Below are positions 12,319-25,044 of a stretch of DNA of 64,000 nucleotides, piece after piece. How positions within the stretch are numbered: the stretch's first letter is position 1; each line of letters begins with the position of its first letter. The notes under the pieces are model-generated. The model did not search any database. It saw only the letters and a program-made list of their open reading frames with translations, and was not told the DNA's origin. The position numbers and the translations under genes were made by a program. The stretch comes from Setoptus koraiensis. Taxonomy: Eukaryota; Animalia; Arthropoda. The stretch lies in assembly GCA_048013815.1 (NCBI GenBank), contig CM106586.1:17670001-17734000 (forward strand), given 5' to 3'.

Positions 12319-14019
12319 AAATATCGGATGCGTCCAATCTATCGGCTGAGGCGCGTCGCTTGTTTTTTGCACCACAACGCCGACAGGCTGCGCCGTGTGT
12401 GTGCCGGCGAAACTTCCATAAATTATACAACCATTATGTCACTTGATTATGTAACTAGCTAGCTGGCATTGCGCAACCAGCCCGGTGTTATGTAACAAGC
12501 TGGCTGGCTTTATTGCAGGTTGTGTGGCGGCGCATTAGCTAACCAAGGCAACGCAACGTAATATATATATATATTAGATTGGTTGAACTGGCAAGTGGGT
12601 GCGTGACATGGGCGCTGCGGCGAGTTGCAGCATCGACGCGCTTCTAAAGACTCGAGCGAGCGACTCAAGCGAGCGACGAATGCAAATGTTAGCCCGAAAG
12701 GCAAAAGTCAACAAAAGTTATGTCAGCTCAAGCTCGCTGATGTGACCCTGATTGTGCGACGCTCGCTGTCACTGGTGGCTGGCTGCTGGCTGACAAGTGG
12801 CCGGGTTTGTTCCGTCGACTCGATGCCATCGAGAACGTGTTTTGATTTTCGGGGCAATTCCACACACGAACACATAAACTGTTTGTAATACAAACTTTGT
12901 GTATGATAAACACTCTTACTGTGAGAGTCTCAATTGCCACAGCGACACACAAGCGCCGTCACGACGCGATCACCGAGCTCGTCACAGGCTGACGGTCGCT
13001 AAACAAACAACAGGGTCACCGTTGATACGATACCCAACAACGACAACGACGGCAACAACGACGACAACAACGGCAACAATAACGACAACGGCAACCACGA
13101 CACACTGATACAGAAATAGCACGGCACAACAATGCAAAAGTACGGTACATGTTGAGATACGCAAAGATACAAAAATACCCCGGCTCGCAAGCGAAACTTT
13201 TCGCCGTGATTGATGGTCGCCGATCGATGGCCCTACGAACGCAGCGACAGCCAGCAACATTGTTCAGCCGGGAGCCAGTGAAGACGATGCGCAAACAGTT
13301 GCACTTGTTACGTCACCGGCTCGTCATAATGCTGTAATATGTGTATTTATATAATGGATGGCCGACAATTAGCCGGCTCTGATAATCAGAGTGTGATTTG
13401 CTTGATTGGCTGGCTGCGACAAGATCGAGTGGCGAGCACGCACTCGCTTCGTGTCCGCTCAACTGATGGCGTCTACAGAACCGATCCGATCAAATCGGTT
13501 GTGTGTGTGTGTGTGTGTGTGTTTACCCGGTCGGCTGCTTCAACACTGTTGAATCGACAGGTAAATATGGAAAGATACTGGGCGCAGGGCGCAGAGCGCG
13601 GAGAAAAACCTGTTGAAGCAGCGCTGCCGCTGCGGGCTTGTTTGCGTCGCTGTTGTTGTTTGCCGGCAATTTCCTTCGTCTGCCAGCCTTCGATATTGTT
13701 GTCACCTGTCGGCAGTCGGCAGAGTCGGCAGTCGGCAGAGTCAAGAAGCGCGAGCGCAGAGAAGAAGCTCAATGACTTTCGATGATAATCTTGTCGACGA
13801 CGCTGGCACAACAGGTGAGCCGAGTGGGCGCCGACAAGGCTGTGGCTGGTGAGATCATGTTAGATAATGGCATCGTTTTGTGTGCATGTAAGCTGCAAAA
13901 TACATTGCGCGAACGCAATCACAAGTGTTTGATAATGCGCACCGAGCACACACAGCGCCGAATATGACGCAATGGAAATTTATCAATTATCTCGAATTAT
14001 TCGTTGAGCCAGCGGTGGC

Positions 14020-14134
14020 GCTGCCGCTGTTGTTGCTGTTGTTGCCGCTGTTGCCGCTGTTGTTGTTGCCGCTGTTGTTGCTGCTGCTGTTGTTGCTGCT
14101 GCTGTTGTTGCTGCTGCTGTTGTTGCTGCTGTTG
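14020..14134 (+). repeat. (CTG/TTG/CCG)n compound triplet repeat
   Basis: Direct reading; generates poly-L, poly-C and poly-N ORFs. Confidence 0.9.
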
Positions 14135-16598
14135 TGGTTGCCGGTGCCGCAAAAGACGCTCGACGACACTATTGCTATTAACTAATATCTGGCATTAGTC
14201 AAACAACAACAACAACACACTGTTGCATCATAGCCAGTTGCCAGAACATTCCAGCCGGCGCTGCCAATTTGTTCCGTTTGTCGCTGGCTGCACAGCCAGC
14301 GATTTGTTTTGGTGCGCTGCTTGATTAGCATGTCGTCGGGCTCGAGTGCGCCCGATTGGGCGCGCCGTCACACCGGCCCGACGCCATAATACTGCTTGTA
14401 TCGTGCATAGACAGATGACGGATGCTATGATGATAGGCTCATCGTAGTGTCGACACCGTCGCTGATCGGGCCCTCATCGGCGGCCCGATAAGCGGCCGAT
14501 GAGCGGCCCGATGAGCGGCCCGGTCGGCGCGTCTCGAGCTGTGTGTCAGACAGAGATTTGTCGGATTTTCTGGCGCTTGCCATTTGTACGCCAGCCGGGC
14601 TGCCGATGCGGCAACGAGTCGTCGCAGTGCGGCCACGAGCCGCAAGTCGCAATCGTAAAAACCCCCGCGCTGACGCCACTCGCCGGGCTCAATAACCTGC
14701 CCGCCTGATAACACATTTATTACGCCTGTGACCTCTTGGCGGGGATTTTTTGCCCAGACTTTTTGCCGCAACTTTTCGCCGCAACTTTTTTGCGCAATTT
14801 TTTGCAAGCCGCTTCTCCGGTCACACACACGCCAGACGTCAGTTACCAGCCGGGGTTTAACACGCTGACGTTTGCATCGGATATCGCGAGATTTTTATCC
14901 GTCGAGAGCCCTAAATCGACAAATCGAAAAAACAGCAACAAGTTGCGGCTGGTGTGCGCATCGATGGAGCTCGCTTAACAGCTAATCGGTGATTTAGTGC
15001 CCGTGACACACAGCTCATGCCGAGACGCTAATTAATTGACGATTGTTGTTGCCGCATTGACAACAACGCTAGTTAACATTCAATTAATATGCACCCATCG
15101 AAAACAATTAGCAACAAACTTGCCGAGCGAGCCCCAAATTGGTCAATTAGCATCTTTGCGGGCTGGCTGTTAGTGTTAGTTTTGGCAGCAACAACACTGA
15201 CAATGTCGACATGCAAATCATCTTCGTTATCATCATTAAGTGATCGTTACCAGCGCCAGCAACGCGAGCCCATCATCAGTGCCATCGCCGCTGATCGGGA
15301 GCAGGTGAACTTTAGCGTTTTCTTATATCACACATAATTGTTGAGACCGCTTATTGCGATATTTTTGTTTTTTAGACAAGTTATGCATATGCAAACAACG
15401 ACAACAACAACAACAACAGCAACAATTAGCATGTTTCTGTAGATGACATTTGCCACGAATCACAGAGCCACGAGCAGCGAGCAAGCGAGCAAACCGACAA
15501 ATAACTGGGGGCGATAATTGTTTTTCAAGATTTTGTTCGTTCACACATATCCACTGTTTATTCAAATCCACTGTTTATTCAGATGTTTGTGCCCATGTTA
15601 ATGCAAATGTTTGCGTAAATGTCGCGCCCAATCACCGCAAACAATCCCAATAACAACAATGAAGAAGCGAGCGATGCTTGCGAAAGTAGTCGAACGAAAC
15701 CGACGACGACGACGACGCTAATTATTGGCGAAGCGGCATGCATAATAATGAACAAATCGCTCAACATATCGGCTGTGTCATAATAGTTCAACTGCTTGAC
15801 TGTCACACCCGACGCGAGCATAAAAAACAAAGATGGAAACGCGCGCCGGCAGTTACGGTTAGTCACAAAAACACAAATACACACATTTCAGCCACTTTGC
15901 TGACGGTGCAGCCACGAATCGACGGTGCAGCCACAAATCGGTGGCGCATAGAGGGTGCATCCGGTGCAAGACTTATGCAAGAACGGCAGCCGACGACGAT
16001 GCTGATGCCGATGATGATGCATTACATCAGATCATCATCATCGGCTTGCTTGCCGGCACCGAGCCGGGATACGAGCTAAAGGTGAAGGTGAAGGTGAAAC
16101 GAAACGAGGCGCTCGGGGGAGTCGTGATGACGACGACGACGATAACGAAAATACCGGCTGCCGACTTTCTCAAGCCGATTTCTGGCTCACTGATTCCGAG
16201 TGACACGCCTGAGCAACCGGATAACGGTAGCTTGTCGCGGGTGACACAAGAGGCGCCCGTTAATTTAATCGCACTCGTGACCGCATTGGGGCCCGGCCGC
16301 ACGAGCCGACGAGCGCTGCCAGTTGCGCTGCGAAAATTCGCGAAAATTCACCAGGCAACTGAGCCTTATTAGGCATTGGTTGCCGGGTGACGACGATGTT
16401 CTCGTGAAGCGCCACCACCGCTGAACATTCAGCGAAAAGTATTCTCGAAATTCTCACAATTTGTCGGCGCTGTCGGCTGACAAATGTCGACAATTGTCGG
16501 CTGAGGCAACGTGCACAAATCATGAGCTCGTGCCAACAGTTGGCAGGGCATGAGTCACCCATGACTAACAATGCAAGACAATCAGTGTTTCATAACAC

Positions 16599-16662
16599 CG
16601 AGCGAGCATCGCATTTTTCGAGCGAGCATCTCATTTTCATCGAGCGAGCATTGCATTTTCAT
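16599..16662 (+). repeat. 20-22-bp tandem repeat x3 (CGAGCGAGCATYKCATTTT[CA]T)
   Basis: Units at 16599, 16619 and 16641. Confidence 0.8.
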
Positions 16663-17440
16663 CGGGCGACTGTGTTCGAGCGAGCGATTCCAGAGAATCG
16701 GTCGCAAATCCGCACAGTTTCGCACGAAATTGCCGGCTCCGAGATCAAGTGATCGCTGGCAGCATGTCAGTGATATTTGTGCATGTTGTTTGCCGATTAT
16801 CGACAATTCCCAGTAGTGAGCAAACGGCAAGGCGCGCCCAACAAACAGCGAAGCCCAAACAAGCGGATAAAACAAAAGTTGTTTTGGCTGGCTGGCAAAC
16901 ATTGCGCTGGCATTGGGTTACATTACAAGTGTTCGAGCGAATGGTGCCAGTCGCTGTGATAGTTGGCTCGAACGGTTAACCTGAACAGTTAGCAATAGTC
17001 GTAGACTAGTGGCACTAATTGATTATCTTATCTTTTATTCAATCGGCGCACCTCAAGCTACGACAGCGGATATTTTTGGCTTTCCCGACGGCTTGCCAGA
17101 GACGTGCGTCATTGGCCCATGAGTGAGTCACGAGCTCATTGTTGGCGCCGATTCGCTGAAACTATGCGGCAACCCTCATTCACAACGGCTCTTATTTGGC
17201 ACGGCTCGGCAAGCTATCGATCGGACGCGAGCGCCAGTGCCGGCCGGACGTGAACGGATTAAACCGCCGGCCGGATCAAGTTCATCGTTCTGGCCAGCGC
17301 GAGACCGATGAACTTGGCCTTGCAGCCGAAGAATGCGCGCTCGAGAAAAAGAGCTCGCCAGTGCACGCAAAATGCACTTGTTGCATCGTTCGTTTTCGAC
17401 AGAAACCGCTCCAATCGCTGGCCTGCTCAGCCGAGTGCTG

Positions 17441-17524
17441 GCGAACTCGCGAACTGATGCCGCGAACTTGCGAACTGCCGCAGCGAACTTGCGAACTGAT
17501 GTAGCGAACTTGCGAACTGATGCA
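17441..17524 (+). repeat. 21-bp tandem repeat x4 (GCGAACTTGCGAACTGATGCA)
   Basis: Units at 17441, 17462, 17483 and 17504; each has an internal GCGAACT duplication. Confidence 0.9.
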
Positions 17525-18223
17525 GCGAATTGCCGCAGTGAACAGCGTTGCAAGGCAACGGCCGGTGGCCAGTGGCCAAAGGGATTGGCCAGTGGCCGCC
17601 GAGGACGAGCCCGAACAAACAAAAATCACGCAGGAAACAGGAACTGGCAACGAATAATTGATAACGGATCAATTTGGAGCAACATTAATCAAACCGCTGG
17701 CTTCGTATGATTACATAACAGTTTGAGCGTGTAACAGTTTTTGTGTGTAACAGTTTTGTTACATAACAGTGTCGGCATAATTACAGTAACAGTTTACAGA
17801 TTGTGAACAGGCGCACTGTTACTAACACTGTCTGTTACATAATCACCGTTACATAGTCACTGTTGCCATAACCATTATCGGTATCATCATCAGCAGCATA
17901 ATCAGGGTTAACGCGGTAGTCACAATTGCAGCGTTATCGCATACTGGCAACTTGAAGGAAATTGCGCAACATTTGCATCGGGCGCAATCTCAGCATATCG
18001 CCAATCTAGTTTGCATTTGCAACAACAATAATGATTGCGTAACAGCACAACAAAACTTGCAGCCCAACGGCTAAAACAACAACGATGATTAAAAGTGTAA
18101 ATTGTATCGCAAGGGTTATTGATCTTGGCCAGCCGTGAGCCGGTTCGCCGGTTTGGAATTATCACTAGTCATTAGCATTATGTTGTTATGGTTACGCAAT
18201 GTTGCTGCTACACATGATGCCTC

Positions 18224-18308
18224 GCCACTAATAATGCATCGCCACTAATAATGCTATGCCACTAATAATACCTGGCCACTGATAATACATTGCCGCTAAT
18301 AATGCATC
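18224..18308 (+). repeat. 17-bp tandem repeat x5 (GCCACTAATAATGCATC consensus)
   Basis: Units at 18224, 18241, 18258, 18275 and 18292. Confidence 0.9.
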
Positions 18309-20644
18309 GCGTTGCGTAATCGTTGCAGTGCATCGTTGTTATTAGGCTGCTAGCTGTTCGTGCGAGTTGTTTGCGTTGCAGTGGCCGGCCAATCGAGTCG
18401 AAAATTCAATTCAATGCCAATTCAAGGCATAAATAGAAATGGCTCAATACAGAGACGAGTGCATAAGAGCAGTAATGAGCAGTAATGAGTAGAAATGAAT
18501 GAATGAATGAATACGAAAATAGAGGACGAGGTCAGCAAACGTTGTCCGTTGTCGAAGCCACTCAATATGCCGCTCGTTTTGCGAATACTGATGATGCCAT
18601 GTTAATGACCTGATGCGCTGACCATTGGCCTGATCACGCGCCCGGCTCATGTCCGTTTTTCGGGTTATAAAACTAAATTATATAAATAAAAAATTTCTAT
18701 TTTTTATGCATGGGATTTGGCTCGGATTCAACGGATTGCCGGCCTGGCCGTACAGCTTGTGCCCATCATAATTGCCATTTCGGCCGATTGTCGCCCAACT
18801 GTCAACAGCACAATGCGGCCATCCGACATTCCGATAGTCCGACGATCCGATAGTCCGACGATCCGACCGACAGGCGGCAGGGGGCAGCAAAACGGAAGCG
18901 GCTGCGATTTCGCGGTGGGCAGTTGGCGAAACAATTGCAATTTTGTTTGCATGGCGCCACGTTGTGCTGGCTCGGGGACGGGCGCCCACATTGACGCAAC
19001 GAACCGCGCGACAAATCGCGAAACATTGGAGCGAGTTCGTTTGACTCAAAACATTCGAGCGAGTTTGCTCGGCTTGAATAATTCGAGCGATCGCTCAATG
19101 AGCTCATCGGCAGCCAAATCAAAAGCGCCCCGACGAGATAACACTGACGACGTAGCACTGGCTGTGTGAGGCACCTTGCCGCATGATATAACATAATTTA
19201 AGTTGATATAATATAATATGATATGAAATGATATAATATGATGTAATATAATGTGTGCGAGCAACAAGTGACGTAGCGCAGCATGTGATACGTAATGGTA
19301 GCGATAAACTGATGCTAAAACTGGTTCTATCGCAGCACAACGTGGCCACAACATCAACATATTACATAACCTCGGCAAATCTCGCAGTCAGTGCGTATGT
19401 AATAAATAGTGGCTTCGATCGGCTGTTCGTTTCATTTCGTTTAGTTTCTTTTCTCTTATCTTGTCTTCGGTTCGTGAGTTAGTGAGCTCGTGAGCAAGTG
19501 AGCGAGTGATTAGCATGCGGTCTGATTGCAGAATAGTTAGCTTGGCGCTGGAATGGCGTCGAAATGACACTGCCAGAGCTAACCCTTTTGCCGAGATCCT
19601 TTGCTCTTGGACAGCGGTCTCGATAAGCGGCCCACTTGACGGACCAATGAGCATGAGATATGTGAGTGAGCTCACAATTGTCAGTTTCAGTCAGTTAGGC
19701 CATTGACCAGCGTTCTATCAGTATCACTGTCAGTTACTAACTCACTTAATCTTATTTTTAACACATTTACATTTACTTTTCATGACGCAATCATGCACAT
19801 ACTACAAAAAAAATCAAATATAGGATGATGATGATGATGCAACCATATGCTCACCTGTCGCCCAACTAGCTGACCATATCGATTGGAGTGGCACCTGGCG
19901 GCGGGCACTTCCTGTTGAGCACGAGACACTCTAGCTGTCGGATTTGAGCTGCGAGCGTGGTTGTTGTACAAAAAGAAAGTGAAACGCTCTTGGCTGGCCA
20001 ATTGTTTGTTGAGCGAACAACAGACAAGTTGCGTAACAGTGATAATAATAATAATAAATGTGCTCGCTCTCTTCGATTGAATCGGCTCGCATCAACAATC
20101 AATTTTATCCGCTAATGGCCATAGTAGGCAGGTACAGGTAGAGACAGCCGAGCGACAGCAAATCGGCTCGATAGCCAGAGAGCGATATAGCCAGAGCGAG
20201 TGAGTGAGAGAGAAAGAAAACAAAGTGACAAAGTTTGCGACACACGCAAATTTACAACGCAACGACTTGAGACTATTATTACATCACCTCTTAGCTCTTT
20301 GTTTATATGTTTGTACGTAAGTGGCGCAACACTGGGCCACTTGGCTACCTGGCTTCCTCATTGGCCATACCGAGAGCGACATAACTGTGGCTATTGTTTG
20401 CACTGGCTAAAACATTGATGGTCTCGCTGTCGTTGTTGCTGTCGCTGTTGCCGTCGTTGTTGTCACTGGCTCGGCAAACAATAAACATGCTCATGTTGGC
20501 TTCTGGGCACCTGAGCTGGCCGGCAATCTTTTTCTCCGTTGCTCTTTTGTTTGCTGTCCACACCGAACGCCGATGCCAATGCAAGCAACACAAGTGATGC
20601 AACAGGCGAGCTCGACAAGTGGACAAACGTCATTATTATGAGCG

Positions 20645-20756
20645 CAACAGCAACAGCAGCAACAACGACAACAGCAGCAACAACGACAACAGCAACAACA
20701 ACGACAACAGCAACAACAACAACAGCAACAACAACGACAACAGCAACAACAACAAA
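20645..20756 (+). repeat. (CAA/CAG/CGA)n compound triplet repeat
   Basis: Direct reading. Confidence 0.9.
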
Positions 20757-21420
20757 CGATAAACAATTGCCCATTGAGACTCAACAAGATCATTGCAGCT
20801 GACGGCCTCATTGATGCAGTTAGCGCGCTCTGTCCGTTGCGCAACTGTCTTGGTATGAATGTCTTGGCGTAACTGTCTGGACCGTACACGGCAACGGCAA
20901 CGGCGGCGGCGGCGACGGTGGCCGCGGCCGCGGCTCAATTCGAATGGGCACAATTGCGCAAACAATCGAACGAACAATTAATTTGCATAATACTTTTTGC
21001 ATGCACTCTCCGTCAATTTGTTGTATGTAATTTTTGCCAGCAGCAGTAGCGGCAACAAACAGCCACAATCCGAATCACATCCGATCGGTCGCCATGACAG
21101 CCCGTTCGCTTGAGAGCTTCTAAAACCGAAAGTCAAAACCGAGAGCCAAAATGCGTCATGTGTGTGTGTGCGCCCTGCGTGGGCAAGCGCGAATGTGCGG
21201 CCACTTGTGTCGGTCGGGCCGGCTCCGGGGGCGACGACCAGCCGACGCATTGTCTGCAAATTGCTGGTGTCGGCCAATTGAATCAACGAGTTGCAGTGTG
21301 CAATTTGCAGCTCGCGACTCGCGTCTCGCAGCTTGCAGTTTGGAAATTGGAGGCCAGAGTTCGCGCGCAAATGAGCAGTTGGCTGTGTGACGATGGCACA
21401 ATTGCCAAATGTGCCAAAAC

Positions 21421-21506
21421 TGTCGGAATTGTCGGAATCGTCGGATTAGTGGAAGTTGCCGGAGTTGCCGGAGTTGCCGAAGTTGCCGAAGTTGCCGAAG
21501 TTGCCA
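21421..21506 (+). repeat. 9-bp tandem repeat (GTTGCCGRA / TGTCGGAAT)
   Basis: About 9 units, drifting from TGTCGGAAT to GTTGCCGAA. Confidence 0.85.
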
Positions 21507-21658
21507 GATTCGCTCGATTCGGCGCACAGTGCGCGAGCTAGACACACGTTTGTGTCTGAACGATCGATTCGGTGGCCCGGGCGAGCGCTGTGCGGCGCGA
21601 TTACGAAATGTGCCCGGATAATCATGATTCGGTGGTGATGCGCACGAATTATCCGCAC

Positions 21659-21731
21659 AGAGCCAGATGTTAGAAGAGCCAGATATCAGGAGAGCCAGAT
21701 ATTAGAGGAGCCAGATATCAGAATAGCCAGA
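21659..21731 (+). repeat. 16-bp tandem repeat x4 (AGAGCCAGATATYAGR)
   Basis: Direct reading. Confidence 0.85.
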
Positions 21732-22194
21732 AGCATTTTGGCAGCGAGCGAATCGTTGTAGCGAATGTGTCGCAACGTGTCGGCTGCTCGGTTCACTGGT
21801 TGCAATTGTTAGTTGCGCGTGCTGTGTCTCGTGTGGCGCGCAAAACTTGTTGATTATCTCGACAAATCTCTCGTTTGTGTGTCATGTAATCGCTGTCATG
21901 CCCCATGCGGCGCGCATTAGCTGCTCTCGTCTCGACGAAATTGTCTAGACGTCGCACCATTCTAACCCATTTATGCTCAACCCATTATAAACTGAGCGCC
22001 AGCCACCGGCTGAGCCGTTGCTCAACTCGCGCCGCTCGGCTGTAGCGAGCCTCCGCGAGCCGGGCCTGATACCCGAGCATTGGGCTAATTATAGCTCAAT
22101 AATGTGTCGCGTAACGACAACAACAGCATCTCGTTGTTATTGTCATGTATGTTGTTGCCGATCGCATCGCTACCGACACGGGCATGCCCGCGAG

Positions 22195-22328
22195 CGACAC
22201 CGCCAGAGAGACGACACTGCCAGAGAGACGACACTGCCAGAGAGACGACACTGCCAGAGACGACACTGCCAGAGACGACACTGCCAGAGACGACACTGCC
22301 AGAGACGACACTGCCAGAGAGACGACAG
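22195..22328 (+). repeat. 15/17-bp minisatellite CGACACTGCCAGAGA(GA) x8
   Basis: Unit lengths 17,17,17,15,15,15,15,17; no spacers. Confidence 0.95.
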
Positions 22329-23131
22329 GTGAGAGGCGATTAGTACAAATACATAATGTGTTTATTTATTACACATGTATTCATTGTTTGTTGTGTCAGC
22401 CATTATTACAACTATGTAAATAAAATTGATTCTATTGCTTATACAATGTTAGCTACTGTGCGGCTGTGGCGGGCACAATTAGAAGATTTGGCGCCCCGGC
22501 GGCGGCTGGCACTCGTAATTGCACGAGCGGTCTAGTTATTAGCCAATTAGCGACAATCCGCCAAGTGTCGCAATGCGCTGTTTGGCGCCTATTGACGCAT
22601 GTAATTAAATTGACGCGTGCAATCAAATTGATTGTTAATTGATTATTGCTGCATCATGTGACGCAAGAGTGCCGATAATTGTGACATTAATGAGCCGAGA
22701 CTGTCGCCGCATCTCGTTGTTGTTGGGCGATTTCGGGCCGCGTTGGTGATAATAAAAATTGGTGATAATTAGATAATTAGCTGGATATTTTGGTATTTGA
22801 ATATTAGCAGTTCATTGGGTTATTGTTGTTGCGTTAAATATTTATGCTGTGTTAGTGTGTATGCTGCTTGTGGCAGCTAGATAAAGATAAATGTGAGCTG
22901 TGGCCACCAGAAATGATGACCAGTCAATAATGGGCCAGTTGTTGTAACGGCAGTTGTTCGTCGTTGGGCGCCCCCCAAATTGTTGCGCAAATTTACCGTG
23001 CGCGCCCCCCCCGTGTGAATTTGGTCGGTTCAGTTAGGTTGTAGCTGCCGGCCAGCGGAAGTCACTCAGTGTTCAAGAGAGAGAGAGACTTCAGAGGGGG
23101 GATAAAAAATTGTTCAAAGCTCCATTAATTG

Positions 23132-25044
23132 CTATTGGGGACTGTCGTAGATGTGCGTCACCTGCGGCTTCAGAGGCTCCTTCACCATGATAGAATGCGG
23201 GCGCTGGTCCCACGGCTTCTGGTCCGAAATGACAACCGCGTTCATGGGTAACGTTCCGTACGGCAACGGGTAGTGATTGGGGCCCCCTTGCGAGCCGCCC
23301 ACCGTGGAGCCCTGGTCGCTGCCCGCGGTACCCTTCATCATGTTCTTGTCACTGTTGTAGTCAACGTAGCGTTGCGTTGGGTATCCCGAGCCGGGTTGCA
23401 TCGTTCCGTTGGGTCCCCATGGACCCACTTGCGGTATGGGGCCCGCTGGCTGTGCGGGCCGGTGTTGCATGCGCTTGCTGCAGTAGACGACCAGTGATAT
23501 TATGACGCCCACCATTATTATTGTGCACAATATGGGTATGAGCAAAAACAGTTGATATTGTCTGTTCATGTCTAACATGTTGAATTGTTGCTGCTGACCG
23601 TCAACCAGGCCCGACGGGCCCCCGCCGTTTCCGGCCCGCGCCGACACCGCGTCCACCGAAAACAGCGAGTCTGTTTTGGTGGTGACAATGTTGCTCGGGT
23701 CGCCCAGGCCGAAATTGTTCACCGCAACCACGTAGATCTTGTACGTTTGGCCGGGCTCCAATCCCGTCAGGGTGCATCCGTTGTCGTTGCTGAGCTGCTG
23801 CTGCTGTATGTCTTGATTCACCTGTTGTTGTTGTTGTTGTTGGTTGTTGCCGGCGCCCGCTGTCTTGAATTTGTCGTCCACCGACACGCCCATCTCTAGC
23901 CAACTGTCGTCGCCCGCTCGCTGATAGTAAACCGTGTAGCGCTTTATGGAGCCCGCCGGGGTATTTGAGCGCGACGGGTACGTCCAGCGCAGCGCTATGG
24001 TCGAGGTACTGGTCTGGTGCGAGAACAGTGTCGGCGGCGCGGGTAAATCGCCGTCGTACGTGCGCACAAGCATCAGGTGCGAGTCCGGGCCGGATCCGGC
24101 CTCGTTGAAGGCCTTCACTATGACCTCGTACTCGTAGCCGCGCATCAGATTGGTCAGAAACGACTCGTACACCACTTGATTCTTGATGGCGTCCACGGTG
24201 CGGAACGAGTACGACGAACCCGACGACGACTGCCCCACAACGATCTGCGGCGCAACCGGCTGATGGGTATCAATTGAGTTGGACGCTTGCCGGGCCCGGA
24301 AACCAATGTAAAATCCGCGCAATTTTCCGTTCCACGACTCGCTGGGCGGCACCTTCCAGCTCACCTTGATGGTGGATGGTCCGCGCGCCTCAACAGTGAC
24401 ATCTGTTGGCGGCGACGAGGGCTCCTCTTCGCCCGTTACCGTGACAACATTTTCCGACGGTTCGCTACGTCCAACCTGATTCTCGGCTATTATAGATATT
24501 TCGTATGTGACAGCCGGATTTAGGTTTGTGATGAGAGCCGATGTTTGTGAGCCGCTCACCGTAAACTCCTGACGGCGATGATTCAACGATTGGCCCTGCT
24601 GATCGTTACTTTGACGCTTCCAATATTGTATTATGTAACTAGTGATGGGACTGTTGCCAGCAAACGGCGACGACCACACCAACGAGGCACTCCTAGACCA
24701 AACGTCCTTGACGCGAACATTGAGCGGCTTGCTGGGCACCTCGACAATGACCAATTTAATGAGTTTTTCGTCTTGGCCGAACTCGTTTTCGCCCAAGCAT
24801 TTGTAAATGACCCCGTCGGCTCTGTTTAGCGTTCGCATCACGAGCACCGAATTCAATCCCTGCGATGTCAGTGTCTCGTATATCTCGAAATTGTCACCGC
24901 CTCGCTTGCTCAGCTTTATGTTGTCCTCCTTGAACCAGTTGATGGTCAGTGGTTGATCGCCGGTGGCGTTGCACTCCAATTTGGCACTGTCGCCACTCTT
25001 GGCCTGAACGACGCTGAACTTCTCATTGAATCTGGCTGGTACTA
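23132..25044 (-). CDS. Dscam: Short Dscam (chelicerate sDscam-type) 3' constant exon: Ig + 3 FN3 + TM + cytoplasmic tail; 5' exons not found in window
   Basis: Phase-1 acceptor atccAG at 25045; reads VPARFNEKFSVVQAKSGDSAKLECNATGDQPLTINW...DGVIYKCLGENEFG (Ig), three FN3 repeats (VPSKPLNV, EPSSPPTDV, LPAPPTL), TM LFLLIPILCTIIMVGVIISLVVYC, tail ending HIYDSPQ*. Confidence 0.85.

Noticed and set aside
22195-22328. CRISPR-like regular repeat
   Set aside because: Units are directly adjacent with no unique spacers, the context is eukaryotic, and there are no cas genes.
9224-22423. Dozens of 60-170 aa ORFs (poly-V, poly-C, poly-T, HTHT, RESENPRI, ETTLP)
   Set aside because: They are translations of micro/minisatellites, open on both strands and in several frames, mostly with non-ATG starts and no domain motifs.
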